From Monocercomonoides exilis PA203 (Eukaryota > Protista > Preaxostyla), in contig LSRY02000024.1 in assembly GCA_001643675.2 (NCBI GenBank), forward strand, positions 744,001-808,000: 64,000 nt of DNA, read 5' to 3'. The notes under the pieces are model-generated. The model was not told the origin of the DNA and did no database searches. It worked only from the letters and a program-made list of their open reading frames with translations. Position 1 is the stretch's first letter; each line of letters begins with the position of its first letter. The translations under genes were made by a program, and so were the position numbers. Shown here piece by piece: positions 1-12,708 of the stretch.

Positions 1-887
1 TGAAGTGGAAGAAGAAGAAGAAGAAGAAGATGGAGAAGAAGTTGCTGAAGAAGAAGAAGAAGAAGAAGAAGATTGAGGAAAATGTGATGTTTTGATTGAG
101 CGTGGAGGAGAAGAAAGAAGAGGTTGATCAGAAGAAGAAGAGGAAGAAGAGGAAGAAGAAGAGGAAGAAGATGATGAAAGAGAAGAATAAGTGGAATAAG
201 AAGAAGAAGAAGAAGAAGAAGATGATGATGAAGATGACGATTGAGGTGTATAAATAGCAGATGAATAATATCGAGAATTGGGGGAAGATAAAGGCAATGA
301 AGAAGAAGAAGAAGAAGAGGAAGAAGAAGAAGATGATAAAGAAGGATTAATAGAAGAATAAGAAGTTATAATTGGATCGGGAAGAAGAGACTGACTGGAA
401 TAAGAAGAAGATTTTGAAGGAGCATATGAAATATTTGAAGAAGGAGAAGGAGAAGAGGAAGAAGAAGAGGAAGAAGAAGAGGAAGAGGAAGAAGAGGAAG
501 AAGATGAATAATAAGTTGTTGATGAAGGCAATAAAGAAGAAGAAGAGGAAGAAGAAGAGGAAGAAGAGGGAGTAGCTAATAGAGAAGCATTAGAAGAGGA
601 GGAGGAGAAAGTGGAAGAGGAAGAAGAGGAAGAGGAAGATTGAGAAGAAATCAGAGAAGATTGAATGGAAGGTGTCTTTTCCATTGGCTGAGCAGCCACT
701 TTCAGAAGGGCAACAACAGGCACACCACACAGAAGATGCGGTGTCTCATACAACTTGGCAAACATCTCAGCATTCTTTTGGATGGAAAAGAAGGAGGGAA
801 AAGAGGGGAAAAGAGGGAAAAGAGGGAAAAGAGGGAAAAGAGGGGAAAAGGAGAAAAGGAGAAAAGGAGAAAAATGAAAGGAGAAGG

Positions 888-961
<74 letters not shown>

Positions 962-2202
962 AATGGAGTATCAAAAATAATGAGAAGAATAATGATATAA
1001 TAACAATTATAAAGAAGTTGCCACAAAACAATAAAAAGTTAAAAAAAAAAAAGAATAAATGAGAATTATCATTCTCACATATTTAAAAGAGTTCTGAAAT
1101 TTTGAACTCAATAATTAACGAATCTATTCATAAAAATACAAATTACATTCTTTTCTTTTCTTTTCTTTTTTCTTTCTTTTTTCTTTCTTTCTTTCTTTTT
1201 TCTTTCTTTTACTCTCCTCTCCCTCTCTCCTTCACACACCTTCTCCCCAGCCCTGTCCCTTGTGAACTCCACTCTCCCGCTGAACGTGCGCTCCCCGCCC
1301 ATCACCGGCACCAGCAGCACCATCGGCGCCTCGTCCTCTTCTTTCAACACACACACACGAATAAACTCTGCTATCCCTTCCTCGCTGAACGGCAGCCTCA
1401 ACGCCTTCTGCACTGCTGCTGAGTGCAGATCCAGGCCTTCGATCTGCGGGCACACAGAATGCGGCTTCTCGCCGGCGCTCCCAAACATCTTTTCATCGGC
1501 CTCTTTCCAATCAAGCAGAACTATCATTGAAAGCGTGCTGGTGTCAGTCATCTTCACACGAAATAATCCTTCTTTGAACATCGCTGGAAACGAATGGCGT
1601 GTCACTGCCTGGGCTTCTTGCTGGGACGTCAGCCGAAGGAACGCACGATGCTCCTCCGGGTGCAGCTCCAGACGTGTCAGATTAAATCCAATGCTATTTT
1701 TAATTCCCCATTGAAATTCATTTTTTTAATAAAAATATTCAAAATAAATGAAAATGAAATGTTTTTATTGAAACGCAAACGCTTGAAAATGTTCTCGTAT
1801 TTGCTGTTCTGTAATGTTCGGATCAAGATTGTGCATAACTGCATATTTGTTTTGAATTGGTCTGTTTATATATATTGTTGTTCCTTTATAATTCTTCAAA
1901 AAAATTACTTTGATGGCATTCTAAAAAGAAATCATACAATCGTCTTTTTCCCACAAGCTGCAATAGCGTCTTCAACATTTTGCAGAGTGACAAATCCTGT
2001 TTGATAGACATCATTTTTCTGCTTTTTGTGAACAAGAAAAACTTTTGCGACATCCCAATTCTGTTCATTAAATGCAGCCACCAGATCTACTTGTAATGAT
2101 TGTGTCGACTTATATGTGAAAAATACTTTTTCTTCATATGATAAATCAATTACATCTTTGAAAGGAATTATTTTATTTTAAAAACAAACTTGGATCATCC
2201 AT
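1..2202 (-). CDS. Multi-RRM RNA-binding protein with a Ser-rich C-terminal region; 3' end runs off the window start
   Basis: Manual splicing: ATG 2202 (MDDP), introns 2189-2156, 1937-1894, 1780-1694 and 1239-775 (all GT..AG) give one frame. It contains RRM-like segments (KVFLVHKK..YQTGFVTLQNVEDAIAAC; YAVMHNLDPNITEQQIREHF..RAFLRLTSQQEAQA; FSGRVEFTRDRAGEKNAEMF), then poly-Ser to the window edge. Confidence 0.7.
788..960. repeat. Intronic simple repeats: (AGAGGGAAA)n, a ~48-nt poly-A and (GA)n
   Basis: Directly visible. It forms the pyrimidine-rich part of the RRM gene's 465-nt intron on the minus strand. Confidence 0.9.
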
Positions 2203-2762
2203 TTCTCTCACAAAAAGAAGCGATATCCACAATTGATAAAATTATCAATACTATATAAGAACTTCGAAATATATATGCGCAATTATGATCAATTAAAATC
2301 CAACACTATTATGAAAAAACATTGAAGAAAACAAACTATTGCTTCTGCCCAAACAAAATAAAAAGTGCAAAGATTTTCCTCTTCAAAGCAAAGCGAGTAG
2401 ATTTAACTAAATTGGTTTTATAATTTTTTCTCTTCAGGACTCCAATTTTGGCAAATAATCCAAAATTATTGATCTTATAAATATTAAAAAGAAATTATAT
2501 ATTAATAATTTTTTATTTTCGGAAATTTTCAACAGCAGAAGACTTTCGTCGTTATTAACTTTTTGAAAAAGCTTATCCAAATACGCAATATTTTATAACA
2601 TAATCAACCAACAAAGATCAACGTTAATTTTCACATTCAAATTCAATCTATTTTGAGAATAATAATTTGCGCTTTTCTTTGAGTGCAAATCTGATCAAAG
2701 AAGTTCATGAGATGAGATGTGATGAAGAAAAGTATTTTAATAGGAATCTGAGAAAGTATTTC

Positions 2763-3085
2763 TTAGAGGTTAAGCTTTGTGCGTCTCCAGTGATGACGTT
2801 TTGAGTTGTATCTGTTTGCAGAAAGAAACACAAAACAATAAAAACGAATGCAATAATTTTATCAATAATTTAAAACCTAATCTTTGTATCTTTCTTCAAT
2901 CTAAACCAGTTGGGAAGGGGTCTGTTCTGCTTGCGCAACTTTGCCATTTTTAACTTAATTTGAAGAGTCTTATGTGACGGCTATTTTGGTAATGGTGCAA
3001 AAAATGTATTAATACAATTTAAGATAAAGATAAAAAGTAGATCATCATGATATCATCGCAAAATAAGATTACAGAAACAGACCAT
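2763..3085 (-). CDS. RPL39: 60S ribosomal protein L39 (eL39), 3 exons
   Basis: Exons 3085-3083 (ATG only), 2980-2877 and 2811-2763 translate to [51 protein letters not shown], matching the eL39 signature KQNRPxPxWxRx..IRYNxKRRHWRRTKL. Not in the ORF track. Confidence 0.96.
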
Positions 3086-3285
3086 TTCTTTGATCAAAAT
3101 CTATGGGTAATTTTTTATAAATTTAGGTTGTTTTTGATCATTATTCAGATTTTTTTTGAAAAAAAATATAAAATAATAATATAAAAATTAATATTTATTC
3201 GTGAGCATGATTTTTAAAACAAATGTTCCCAAAGAGAGTTCAATCAGTCACTTAAAAATTGAAGTGAACGGATTTTTATTTTTTA

Positions 3286-4003
3286 TTAGCAGCAAACACA
3301 AGGTCTTGAGCACAAATTCCTCATCGAAGGAGCTTTACTTCCTCTTCCACAATTTTCATCAAAGAACCTATTTCTATTTTGACGTGGTGGAATTTTGTTT
3401 CTTGCTGTTTGAGGTGATGGAGCGCATGGAGTTGGTTCTGGTTGGCAGGGTTCTTCTTTTGGTGGTGCACATTTTTCTTCTTTTGGAGCACATGGATCTT
3501 CCTTTGGACACTCTTCTTCTTTTTTCTCAGCTTTTGGTTTGGGAGCAAACGGATTCTTTCCGAAATTCTCTGGAAGTTTGATTTCTTGTCTTCCCATTTG
3601 ATCAATAGGCTTGTTGAACTCGTCAGGAACCTTAAAATTATAACCTTCAGGCTTCTTTTTGGAATAAGGATTTTTTGTTGTTTCCCACAACTCTTTTAAA
3701 GGCAATTGGCTAAGCAAATGATGCGAATATTCTTAATGAATTTAAAGAAAAATGAATTTCATACTTTCCAGATTTTGCTAATTCTTCAAGTGAAGGTCCT
3801 TGCTTAAATTTGTCCCCAGCATCATCCTTATTGTTCCAGACACCGCTAAATTTATCTGCCCATGGATTCGATTTTTCTTTTGAGCTATCTCCTTCCTTTG
3901 ATGGAGTGTCAAATGGATTATAATTGTCAAATCCTGGGTTTTTAAATATATCTCCAAATTCTGCAGAAAGCAGGCTAAATAATGAGAAAACGCAAAGCAA
4001 CAT
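3286..4003 (-). CDS. Hypothetical secreted protein with a Cys/Pro/Glu/Lys-rich repeat segment
   Basis: Signal-peptide-like N-terminus MLLCVFSLFSLLSA. A short GTATGA..TTAG intron (~3764-3710) joins ORF 3710-4003 to ORF 3286-3717, which contains EECPKEDPCAPKEEKCAPPKEEPCQPEPTPCAP. The 3' end is uncertain. Confidence 0.6.
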
Positions 4004-4155
4004 TTCGAAAGTTAATCTCTAAAATTCTTCTGATCAAAATATGACGAATGTTTATAAACTGTAGTAATGATTTACAAATTCACATAATTCAAAATTTTGT
4101 ATGGTTCTGAAGATCCTTGTTGATCTAATAAGAAAAAAATTCCCCAATTTGGTGC

Positions 4156-6342
4156 ATGATTTGGCAGACACCTGCCAAAAACCCAGCATCTTCTCCATAC
4201 TCAGCTTCAGCAACACAAGCGCCTTCTATAAATCGTGTTCTACCAGATAAGCCTGTTCAACCGACTCTTTTAAATACTCCTCAAGCGAACCAAATGATAA
4301 ATCCATTTGCTGTGACGACACCTGCTGCTTCAACAAATCCTTTCGCAGCAGCTTCAAATCCTTTTGCCTTGCCAAGTACATCAACTAATCCATTTGCTTC
4401 TTCCACAACAACGAATCCATTTTCAGGAACTGGAACAACATCATCAAATCCTTTTGCTCTGTCAACAACAGCGACCAACCCTTTTGCGACTACTGGAACG
4501 ACTCAGTATGGTACAAACCAAACTAATGCATTATTTAATCCACTATATAATCCATTAGCTATAAGTATGACAAATTTACCGCCTGATCCAACTCCTCAAA
4601 TGATAATTAATGTTGTTTGCGCTTTGGACCCTGCACATCAAGCTTGCATGTTTAAGGCTATCTTTTTTAATAATCTTACACTTCAACATCTTCAAACACC
4701 TGGAATTCTTCAACCTCCAGCTGGAATCTCCCATGCGCAGTATTTAGCTGCACAACGTTTAAATCCAAGTCCTCATCAACTTTATCCTGTTGTGTTAATG
4801 ATGTTTCAACAACTCAAGGATAGAGTGGCACAACAGTTGAAACGAATGGAAATGTTTCGCTCTCGATTAAAAGAGCTTAATGCACTTCAAACTCAACTGA
4901 GAAAGGCAAATGAGGTTTCTTTAACCCAAAAAGTCAAAGAATTTCGCCAATCACAAACCGTGTTGAAACATAAAATGATTCATATCATGAGGATGGTTGG
5001 CGTTGTTCAGTTAAAAGGGCTTCCAGTTTTAAGCCGTGAAGAGATGCTTCTGAATAAGCTGTGTGCCCTACAGAACGAAATGACAGGAGGAGCTCCAATG
5101 CAAGGCAAAGTGACAGAACTCAGCCGGCGAGCTACAAAAGCCCGGATCGCTATTGTCAAAGCGAAGATGGCTGAAGGAACCGTTGAAGGAGACAGTGCAC
5201 GCCGCGTGAAGGAGCTGCTAAAGAGCAATGAAAAAGCGATTAATGCGATGGCCAAAACAGTGCGAGATGACATGGGAATAACCAGAATTCTGAGAGAAAG
5301 CCTGCGAGACGACAACTTCTCTGAGCGCTCATCTACGTTCGCTCTGACGCGGATGATTAAGCGAAACCGTCTGTCTTCTGTGGGAGCCACGTGGACAGGC
5401 AGCGACTCGTCTTCTCTTTCTGGGCTGCCTGGCGCAGGTTCTTCCTCTGACCCCACACAGGCCATTTCAACTGCCTCCATCGCAGCATTCAACCCACTTG
5501 CAACACTCGGCTCAACACTCACATTCTTCCCGGCTGATGCCACGCAGAACAACGCTGCAACCGACCTTGCCAAACAGCAGGCAGCATCAGCGGCTCCTGC
5601 TCCAGCTGCCACAAACACACAGACAGGTGCAGCAAGCACAAACCCCTTCGCTGCTGCTGCAACCACAACAACAAACCCGTTTGCAACTGCTGGGACAAAC
5701 ACTGCGACAACCAATCCGTTTGCACTGGGATCGAATGCCACTGCGACTGCTGGCTCGTCTGGTGCGCTTCCTGCGCTTAGTCTGTCTGCGAATGGGAAAG
5801 TCAGCAGAGTCATGCTGCGTCCTGTGACATCACTCAACTTGGCACCAAAGCCAGTTACAACAGCAGGCACAACAGCAACAGGAGGAGCAACAAGCAACAA
5901 TCCATTTGCTACCACAGCTACTGCAACGACGACAACAACAAATGCGGCAAATCCGTTTGCTACTGCTGCAAACAATACAACTGGCACAACAGCAGCTGCA
6001 ACTAACACAGCTGCTAATCCCTTTGCTGCTGCTGCCACAAACACCAACACAGGTACCACTGCTGCCACCGGAGCTGCAGCAAACCCGTTTGCCACCACAG
6101 CTCCTTCCACCACAGCTGCTCCCGCCAATCCGTTTGCTTCTACCGCTCCTGCTGCTTCAACTGCTGCTGCTGCTAACCCATTCGCATCAACTGCTCCTGC
6201 TGCTTCTACTACTGCTGCTGCTGCCAACCCATTTGCTACCACAGGCACAGCTGCTGCAGGTGCAGCGCCTGCCAATCCATTTGCAGCGACGGGGGCAGCA
6301 ACAGGCGGAGGGGCGATTCCAAATCCCTTCGCACAGAAATGA
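4156..6342 (+). CDS. NUP54: Nup54/Nup57-like central-channel nucleoporin with NPF(A) repeats at both ends
   Basis: Intronless 728-aa ORF. The core LDPAHQACMFKAIFFNN..PPAGISHAQYLAAQRLNPSPHQLYPVVLMMFQQLKDRVAQQ followed by coiled coil matches the Nup54 alpha/beta plus helical domain pattern. It is flanked by Thr/Ala-rich repeats. Confidence 0.75.
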   Translation: MIWQTPAKNPASSPYSASATQAPSINRVLPDKPVQPTLLNTPQANQMINPFAVTTPAASTNPFAAASNPFALPSTSTNPFASSTTTNPFSGTGTTSSNPFALSTTATNPFATTGTTQYGTNQTNALFNPLYNPLAISMTNLPPDPTPQMIINVVCALDPAHQACMFKAIFFNNLTLQHLQTPGILQPPAGISHAQYLAAQRLNPSPHQLYPVVLMMFQQLKDRVAQQLKRMEMFRSRLKELNALQTQLRKANEVSLTQKVKEFRQSQTVLKHKMIHIMRMVGVVQLKGLPVLSREEMLLNKLCALQNEMTGGAPMQGKVTELSRRATKARIAIVKAKMAEGTVEGDSARRVKELLKSNEKAINAMAKTVRDDMGITRILRESLRDDNFSERSSTFALTRMIKRNRLSSVGATWTGSDSSSLSGLPGAGSSSDPTQAISTASIAAFNPLATLGSTLTFFPADATQNNAATDLAKQQAASAAPAPAATNTQTGAASTNPFAAAATTTTNPFATAGTNTATTNPFALGSNATATAGSSGALPALSLSANGKVSRVMLRPVTSLNLAPKPVTTAGTTATGGATSNNPFATTATATTTTTNAANPFATAANNTTGTTAAATNTAANPFAAAATNTNTGTTAATGAAANPFATTAPSTTAAPANPFASTAPAASTAAAANPFASTAPAASTTAAAANPFATTGTAAAGAAPANPFAATGAATGGGAIPNPFAQK

Positions 6343-7162
6343 ATGCACTTCACAATACTCCTCTGTCAATTTCGTTCATGTCTTGTCACTTTATTTGTTT
6401 TGTTTAAGAATTTTTTTTAGAATTCTTAACCATTTTTTCACAGCTATTCCATTTGCGCAACTGTTCTGTTTTTGTTTGTTTTGAAATAAAAAGTGCAATT
6501 TCAAGCTGATAACTTGAATATTGAATTAACTTTTCTTATTCACTTCACATTGTATTGTTTTTTTTTTTTTCAAAGCAGAATAAAATAAAATAAAACTAGT
6601 TTCTGTTTTGCTTCAGTGTATATTTTTTTCATAGAGAAAGTGTTGCAAGTTGTTTATGCTAATCTTCTTTTTTTTTCTTTTTTCGAAATGTTGATAATTA
6701 TTGTAATAATACAAAATTATCAAGTGCAAAGCATAAGAATGTGGAACACCACAAAAAAACATAAAAAAATAAAAGACAACTTCAATGAATAGCCAAATAT
6801 TCAAAATGAAAGAAAAAAAGGAAAGAAAAATATAAGAAAGATTTTTTCAGATAAAAATCTATTCTCAAGTTAAAAGGAATAAAAATAAATGATTTGAAGA
6901 TATGAATAATGCATATGTGATTGCTAAAATATTGGCAAAATGCGTTTACAACAAAACTGAAAAAAAATTAAGTCAATTAAGGAAAAAAGAAAAATTCTTT
7001 TGAAGATAAAAAAAAAACCCAACTGAAATTGCGATTTAACATCAATCCAGCTTAATAACATCAATGGCAGTGTTAATATTAATCTTATTATTCCTATTTC
7101 TAATAAAAATAAAAATAATAATACAAACACTAACACTTCTTCAATGTTTATTTTTTTTTTCT

Positions 7163-10100
7163 CTAACTATATCTTCCAGAAGGGGGTGGAGGGGGTGCAA
7201 AAGTTTGCGTAGATCCTGAGGGACGAGCACCGCCTATCATTGGAGGTGCCTGGAAGGTGAATGTCTGCTGCTGTGGCTGTGAGGGAGGGGCTAGGGGTGT
7301 TTGCGGGATAACAGTTGGCTTGCTTGGAGCAATTTGACTGGAGAGAGAAAGAGAAAGAGAAAGAATGAAAGAATGAAAGAGAGAGAGAGAGAGAAAGTGA
7401 GTGAAAAGGAAGAAAAGAGCATAGAGGTGGAATTATTTATGAATAGATGATTAAAGATTTAATTGTATGTGCCATCACATTTTCGAACATAAAGAAATAT
7501 GATTGTAATTGTTATTCATTAATATGCAATATCCAAGAAATATCCAAGAAATATTATTTAAATTAAATGATTAAACAATTATATATAAAAAAAAAGCAAT
7601 TTTCAATCAAACCCTTCCAGCACTGCTATTCTCTGCATGAATTCCGTCAGTCTTGATGCCAGCGACGCATAGAACTCTGCCCCTTTCTTCAGATGCTCCT
7701 TGATCATCGTGAACGCTGCAGCAGCTGCCTCTAAACGTGTGCAGCAGTCCACTCTCCCAGTTATGTATGAATTCGAACTCAAATCCTGTGTTAGCTTCGT
7801 GTGCAGTTCCAGAAGCGTCGGCATCAACCCTTTTGTGTCTGCAAACGCCTTCTTTGCACCTTCTGCAAGCGCCATAATCTTCTGCTTCTCGCTTTCCACC
7901 ACACTCTGCGCTGGCTTCTCTCCAGCATTCGCTATCAGAATTTTTGTGATGTCCACACTCGATACCCCTTCTCTCAGCGCATCCAGCGCCTGCTGCTGTT
8001 TGTTCTCCCGCGCCTGGAACGCATTCAGCCCGTCCTGCAGCGCCGACGCATCCGCCACAAGCTTCGCTGCTCCTTCGGCTGTTGGCACAGAAGAAGAAGA
8101 AGAAGATGATGATGATGATGAAGCTCCCGATGACATCAGAGCACTAAGCAGCTTGTCTGACAGCTCCTTCATCTTCGCTTCTCCTTCCTCGTTCCCGTTG
8201 CAGGTGTACGAGATCGTCTGTATCACTTCGCTGTGCATCGACATCTTCATCGCCACTTCGTCATCGATCTTCCTCGCCTGTGTCAGTGAGTCGTCATACT
8301 GTGTTACTTCAGTCAAATACCCTTCCAGCACTTTCCCTTGCTGCGTGTATCCCACTCTCCCCACCAGCTGGCTCAGCTTGCTCCGGATGTCCAGCAGCTG
8401 TCTGGAGCACCCTTCTCTCTGCCCGTTCACAGTCGCCGAGTTCTTCTGCAGCAGCTGCCAGCCGCCTTCGTTCTTCACTGCCAGGCACCCGCTCAGCACA
8501 CTCTGCTGCAGCGGGCCTGTGCTCTTCCGCACCATGTCGACAGACTTCGGCATGTCCAGCCGCTCAATCTCGCCTCTCGTCTCCTTCTTCGTCGCCTCTT
8601 CCTCGTCGTAGCACTCTCTCACAATGCGCGTCGTGTCGTCCACAAACAGCTGCGAGTACCTTACCAGCTCCATAGGCACCAGGTCGCTGAACGGAATCGT
8701 CTCCAGCGAGGGGCCTTGGCTTCCCTGTTCTGACGAAGAAGGCACACGCGACAGCGCATCCAGCTCCTTGTCGGGTGTGGCTGCCATCGGTGCAGTGTGT
8801 GCCGGAAGCTTCGGGAGCAGCTCTTTGATGGTGATTGTCAGGTAATATGCCCGTGCGTTCTCATCAGTGATTTGCCTCTCTCTCTTGAAGATACGCTCTC
8901 TATGCGCAATCAGTACGGTTTTAGCATCGACCAGGTTCATTTTGAAGAGCGAGTCCGACTGCCACCCGCTTCCCCCGCCTCCGCCCACCAGGCCAGATAT
9001 CAGCCCCGCAAAACCGCCTTCAGAGCTCTCTTTCCCTGGGACGATGGGTCCCTTCTCGATAGTGCGGATGGCAGCATCGAGGTTCTCCAGGGCGACACGC
9101 AAGTGGGCTATCTCGTCGCCGTACTTCAGCTCGCTCTGGCGCAGCTTGGAGAAGTACTCTTGCGCAAGCGCGGTGCACAGATATTGGCCAACTTGCAAGC
9201 GGCCAAGAAGCCCCTTTTGTATTTGAAAAAAGAAAAAAAGAAAAGAAAAGAAAAAGAAAAACAGAAATTGAATGAATTGATGAAAAAATAAATGGAATTG
9301 ATTTTATGAATTAAAAAACGAAGCAACTTAGAAAATTAGAGTTTAAAAGTATATTGAAAAACCTTATCCACTTTAGGTGATTGGGCTTTTATTAAGCAAT
9401 CGATACAGCTTGAGTACAAATTTGCACAAAGTTGTGCAAGCTTTGATATCGACTCATCTTTAAGACCTTTGTTAATTGCCTATTTAAAAAATAAGAAGAA
9501 TTCATTAAAAAAATTTTTTTTGTATTTAAAAAATATTTCATACAATCATCAAAAAGATTTCTTGTGCCTGTGCTAAACAGAGTCTGTTAAGTACGATAAG
9601 GTTGAGGTCAGTGAGATCAATTTGATGAGGGTTGAATAACGCAGTCTTTAGAGTCACTCTAATTTTTTCATACCAGCCAGCTGCAAGCTAAAATATAAAA
9701 ACATTGAATTCAAATATTAAGTCTCTTTTGGGAATGTGAAAGTCTTGATTTGCAATTACCTTAAAGTTTGCTATTGCACTTTTTTGAGCAGCTTCGGTTT
9801 TTTGAATTGGTGTGCACTCTGCAGTCAGAGAACCTGCAATATTAAACATTACGCAAATCTTTTCATAAGAAACATCGTTTGAATCTAATTCATTAAATCA
9901 TGAAGTTAAAATCGTTTGAACTATAAAAACATTGCTAGTGTCCGCTTCAAACCATGAAACTTTTTGTTTTCAAAAACATCATTCCAGCGATTTGAAAAGT
10001 TCAATCCAGGAAGTTTTGCTTCTAATATCCTAAGAACAGCTAAATATTTGCACAAAACCTTCGAAAAGCGCAATTTATAACGATCATAAGCATAGACTTG

Positions 10101-10288
10101 CAAACATCACGACATGTATCAGGTCGAGAAAGAGCAGCAACAGCTGTTGTCCTCGTTTGATTGACAAACTCACAAGAAGGCATCTGCTGTTTTGCCACTT
10201 CTTTTGAATAACTTTTCTTTAAATAATCCTGCAAGGGGCGAATCATGTCCCCTTGGACAGATAATTTTAAAGGAACTGAAACTTGCAT
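7163..10288 (-). CDS. BRO1-domain ESCRT accessory protein (ALIX/Bro1-like: BRO1, V domain, Pro-rich tail)
   Basis: N-terminal VPLKLS..DMIRPLQDYLKKSYS; BRO1 motifs YEKICVMFNIAGSL, LCLAQAQEIF, YGDEIAHLRVA and ENARAYY; V-domain end LKKGAEFYASL; last exon ~7338-7163 is Pro-rich (..FAPPPPPSGRYS*). About 7 exons. Confidence 0.88.
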
Positions 10289-10624
10289 AAAAATAATTTT
10301 TGATCAACACCTTTAATCATTTGTGATGACAATTTAATACGAACTCATTGTTTTTTCATCTTTCAATAGGAAAACCAATCCTATTATTTTTTCTTATACA
10401 AAAATAACACTTGGTCAATCTTTGATAAAAAGTGATCATAAAAACAATTTGTTTATAATTAATTCTGAAACAAATTATTTTTGTTTAAAAATTGGCAAAG
10501 TGTTTTTTAAAGTATTTTTTGATGTTAAATTTAAGCTTAATTTTAGGTGATTATTTAATAAATATTTTAACATTTTTTGTCTATTTTTAAGCATTTTTAA
10601 ACTTTTTGAGTTAACATAAGTACA

Positions 10625-12676
10625 ATGCTCTATCAAGCGCTTCCTGGTGTTAATGAAGGAGCGCCCGTACCAAAAAATTCACAAGGATTGGAAGAATTTG
10701 CTTTACCATGTGGAAATAGTTTGCGAATTTATGCTTTTGTTTTTTAATAAGTATTTGATTTGATGAAGGATTTATAAAGGCAAGAAATTATTTCATTCCA
10801 ATGGCAGAATCTGAATTTGGCAGAGTTAGACCAATTCTTGGTCTGTGTGATTTTCGTCATCCTTCCGATAAGACTAAGCAACAACTTCAACAAAGTGGAA
10901 TCACATTTACCGAGCAAGCGAACACTCCCTATGCTCGCTGTGCATTTAATGTGTTCAGAGATACTGGATATTTCATAAGATATCCCGAGATGTCAGAGTT
11001 CCATCGTGATTTTCAGGGTCATAGTCTTGACTCAGGGCATGATCCTGCAACATCAGCAGTTGATGTTTTGTACGAAGAAAAGCCATTTCTTTTAATCGGG
11101 AGGAGAAGTGGCCGAATTGATTTAATAAGTTTGGATTCTCTCACAATTAAGCAGTCATTCAATGAAGGGGTTTGTCAATATTTTATATTTTTTAATTATT
11201 TCATGAAATTTATTCAAAACAAATTTCTTTCTTTTTTTTCAAACACAGAACATCGCAGCCAAAGGACCTTGTCTGTGCATAAGCATATCGTACCACGAAA
11301 AAGTGCCCTTGATTCTGGCGGGCTTTGGGGACGGGTCGATCCTCGGTTACCAGATCGACCTTCCAGAAGTCGAATGGCCTCCCCCTGACCCGCACGTCTC
11401 TCCCAAGCGCCCTTTCCCCAAAGACGATCTTGTCGAAGAAGCATTCAAGCAACTCGCAGAGGCCCCGTTTTCGGTCCCTCCGTTCACCCCTGCCTCAGCC
11501 ATGATAACCACCCCGCAGCTTCCTGAAACCTCTCCTGTAACTCCTTCTCCTTCTCTCTCTGCTACCCCTCTTCCCCTCACTCCACAGCCAACCCCTCAAA
11601 CACCTGCACCCCCATCTCAGAGCCAGGCGCAAGCAGCCAGCGTTCCGCACTCCCCCGCGCTGTTTGCCCCGTCGTTCGAGTCCATCCACACCTCTGTTGC
11701 CTACAGCCTCTACCTCACCCCCCTCTCCATCAACACCAACCCCATCCGCCCTGCTCCTCCTTCCTTAGGTGATTCCCGCATGCAGGGCGTCTCTGCCTCC
11801 ACCCCTCTCACCGCCACCTCTTCTGCCATGAACCTCATCAGCATCGCCTCTGCCACCTCCACCACAACCGGTTCTACACTCTCCTATTCGCTCCCTCCAC
11901 TCCCCATCAACCTCCTCACCCGCCCTTACTGCTACACCCCTCTTTCCTACATTGAACGGCCACTGACACACCCAGACCTCACTGTCTACTCTATTTCCCA
12001 CCCAGTCACCTACAAAAAGCTCCTCAACTACTTCACCACAGCCTCTGGCGGCAGAGGTGACCCGTCTTATCCACCACCGGCACTTTCGAAGCTGAAGGCA
12101 ACGCCACAGACATTCGACATCACCACATTCAAGCCAAACAAGATCCAGCTGCACTTCCTCACACGCACGGTCTCAGCCTCTTCTTCCCTGGCGCTGTTTC
12201 AGAGTGTCACGACAGACCAGGTGAATGCAGATGAGATGATCAAACACCCAGTTGCACCGCATTTCATTCCCTTTGACCTCGAAAATCCACCCCCTCACAG
12301 ACTTGCGCATCAACGCTATGGCCCATTTACTTCACTCACTTCAGGAGGAGGAGGAGGAGGAAGTGGCGGAGGTGGAGGAGGATCAGCAGGGGCTGGCTCT
12401 GTTGCATCAGCACATGGAGCATCGATGTACTCAAGCCGGTTCAGCGGTGCTAACTCGATATCTCGAAGGGCCAATGCTTCTGAAAGAGGAGGAGGGAGCG
12501 GAAAGGCAGGGGACAAAAGCAGCAGACAGCAGAACTCTGCGTCGTATATGTCGATGGATGCAGGTGTGACGCTGGCGGTGCCGGCACCTACTGCTGCAAC
12601 TATCCCCATTCCACAGAGCATGTCATTTGGAACTCCTTCAATGTCATCTGGATCATCATCATCTTCTTCTTCCTCA

Positions 12677-12708
<32 letters not shown>

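Noticed and set aside
372-1062. Lys/Arg-rich plus-strand ORFs
   Set aside because: They translate the antisense of the RRM gene's poly-Ser exon and its intronic poly-A/(GA)n.
5007-6353. Long antisense or alternative-frame ORFs (e.g. 5007-6353-, 7700-8611+, 32263-33327-, 49447-53886-)
   Set aside because: They are shadows of real low-complexity or GC-rich genes on the opposite strand and contain no independent motifs.
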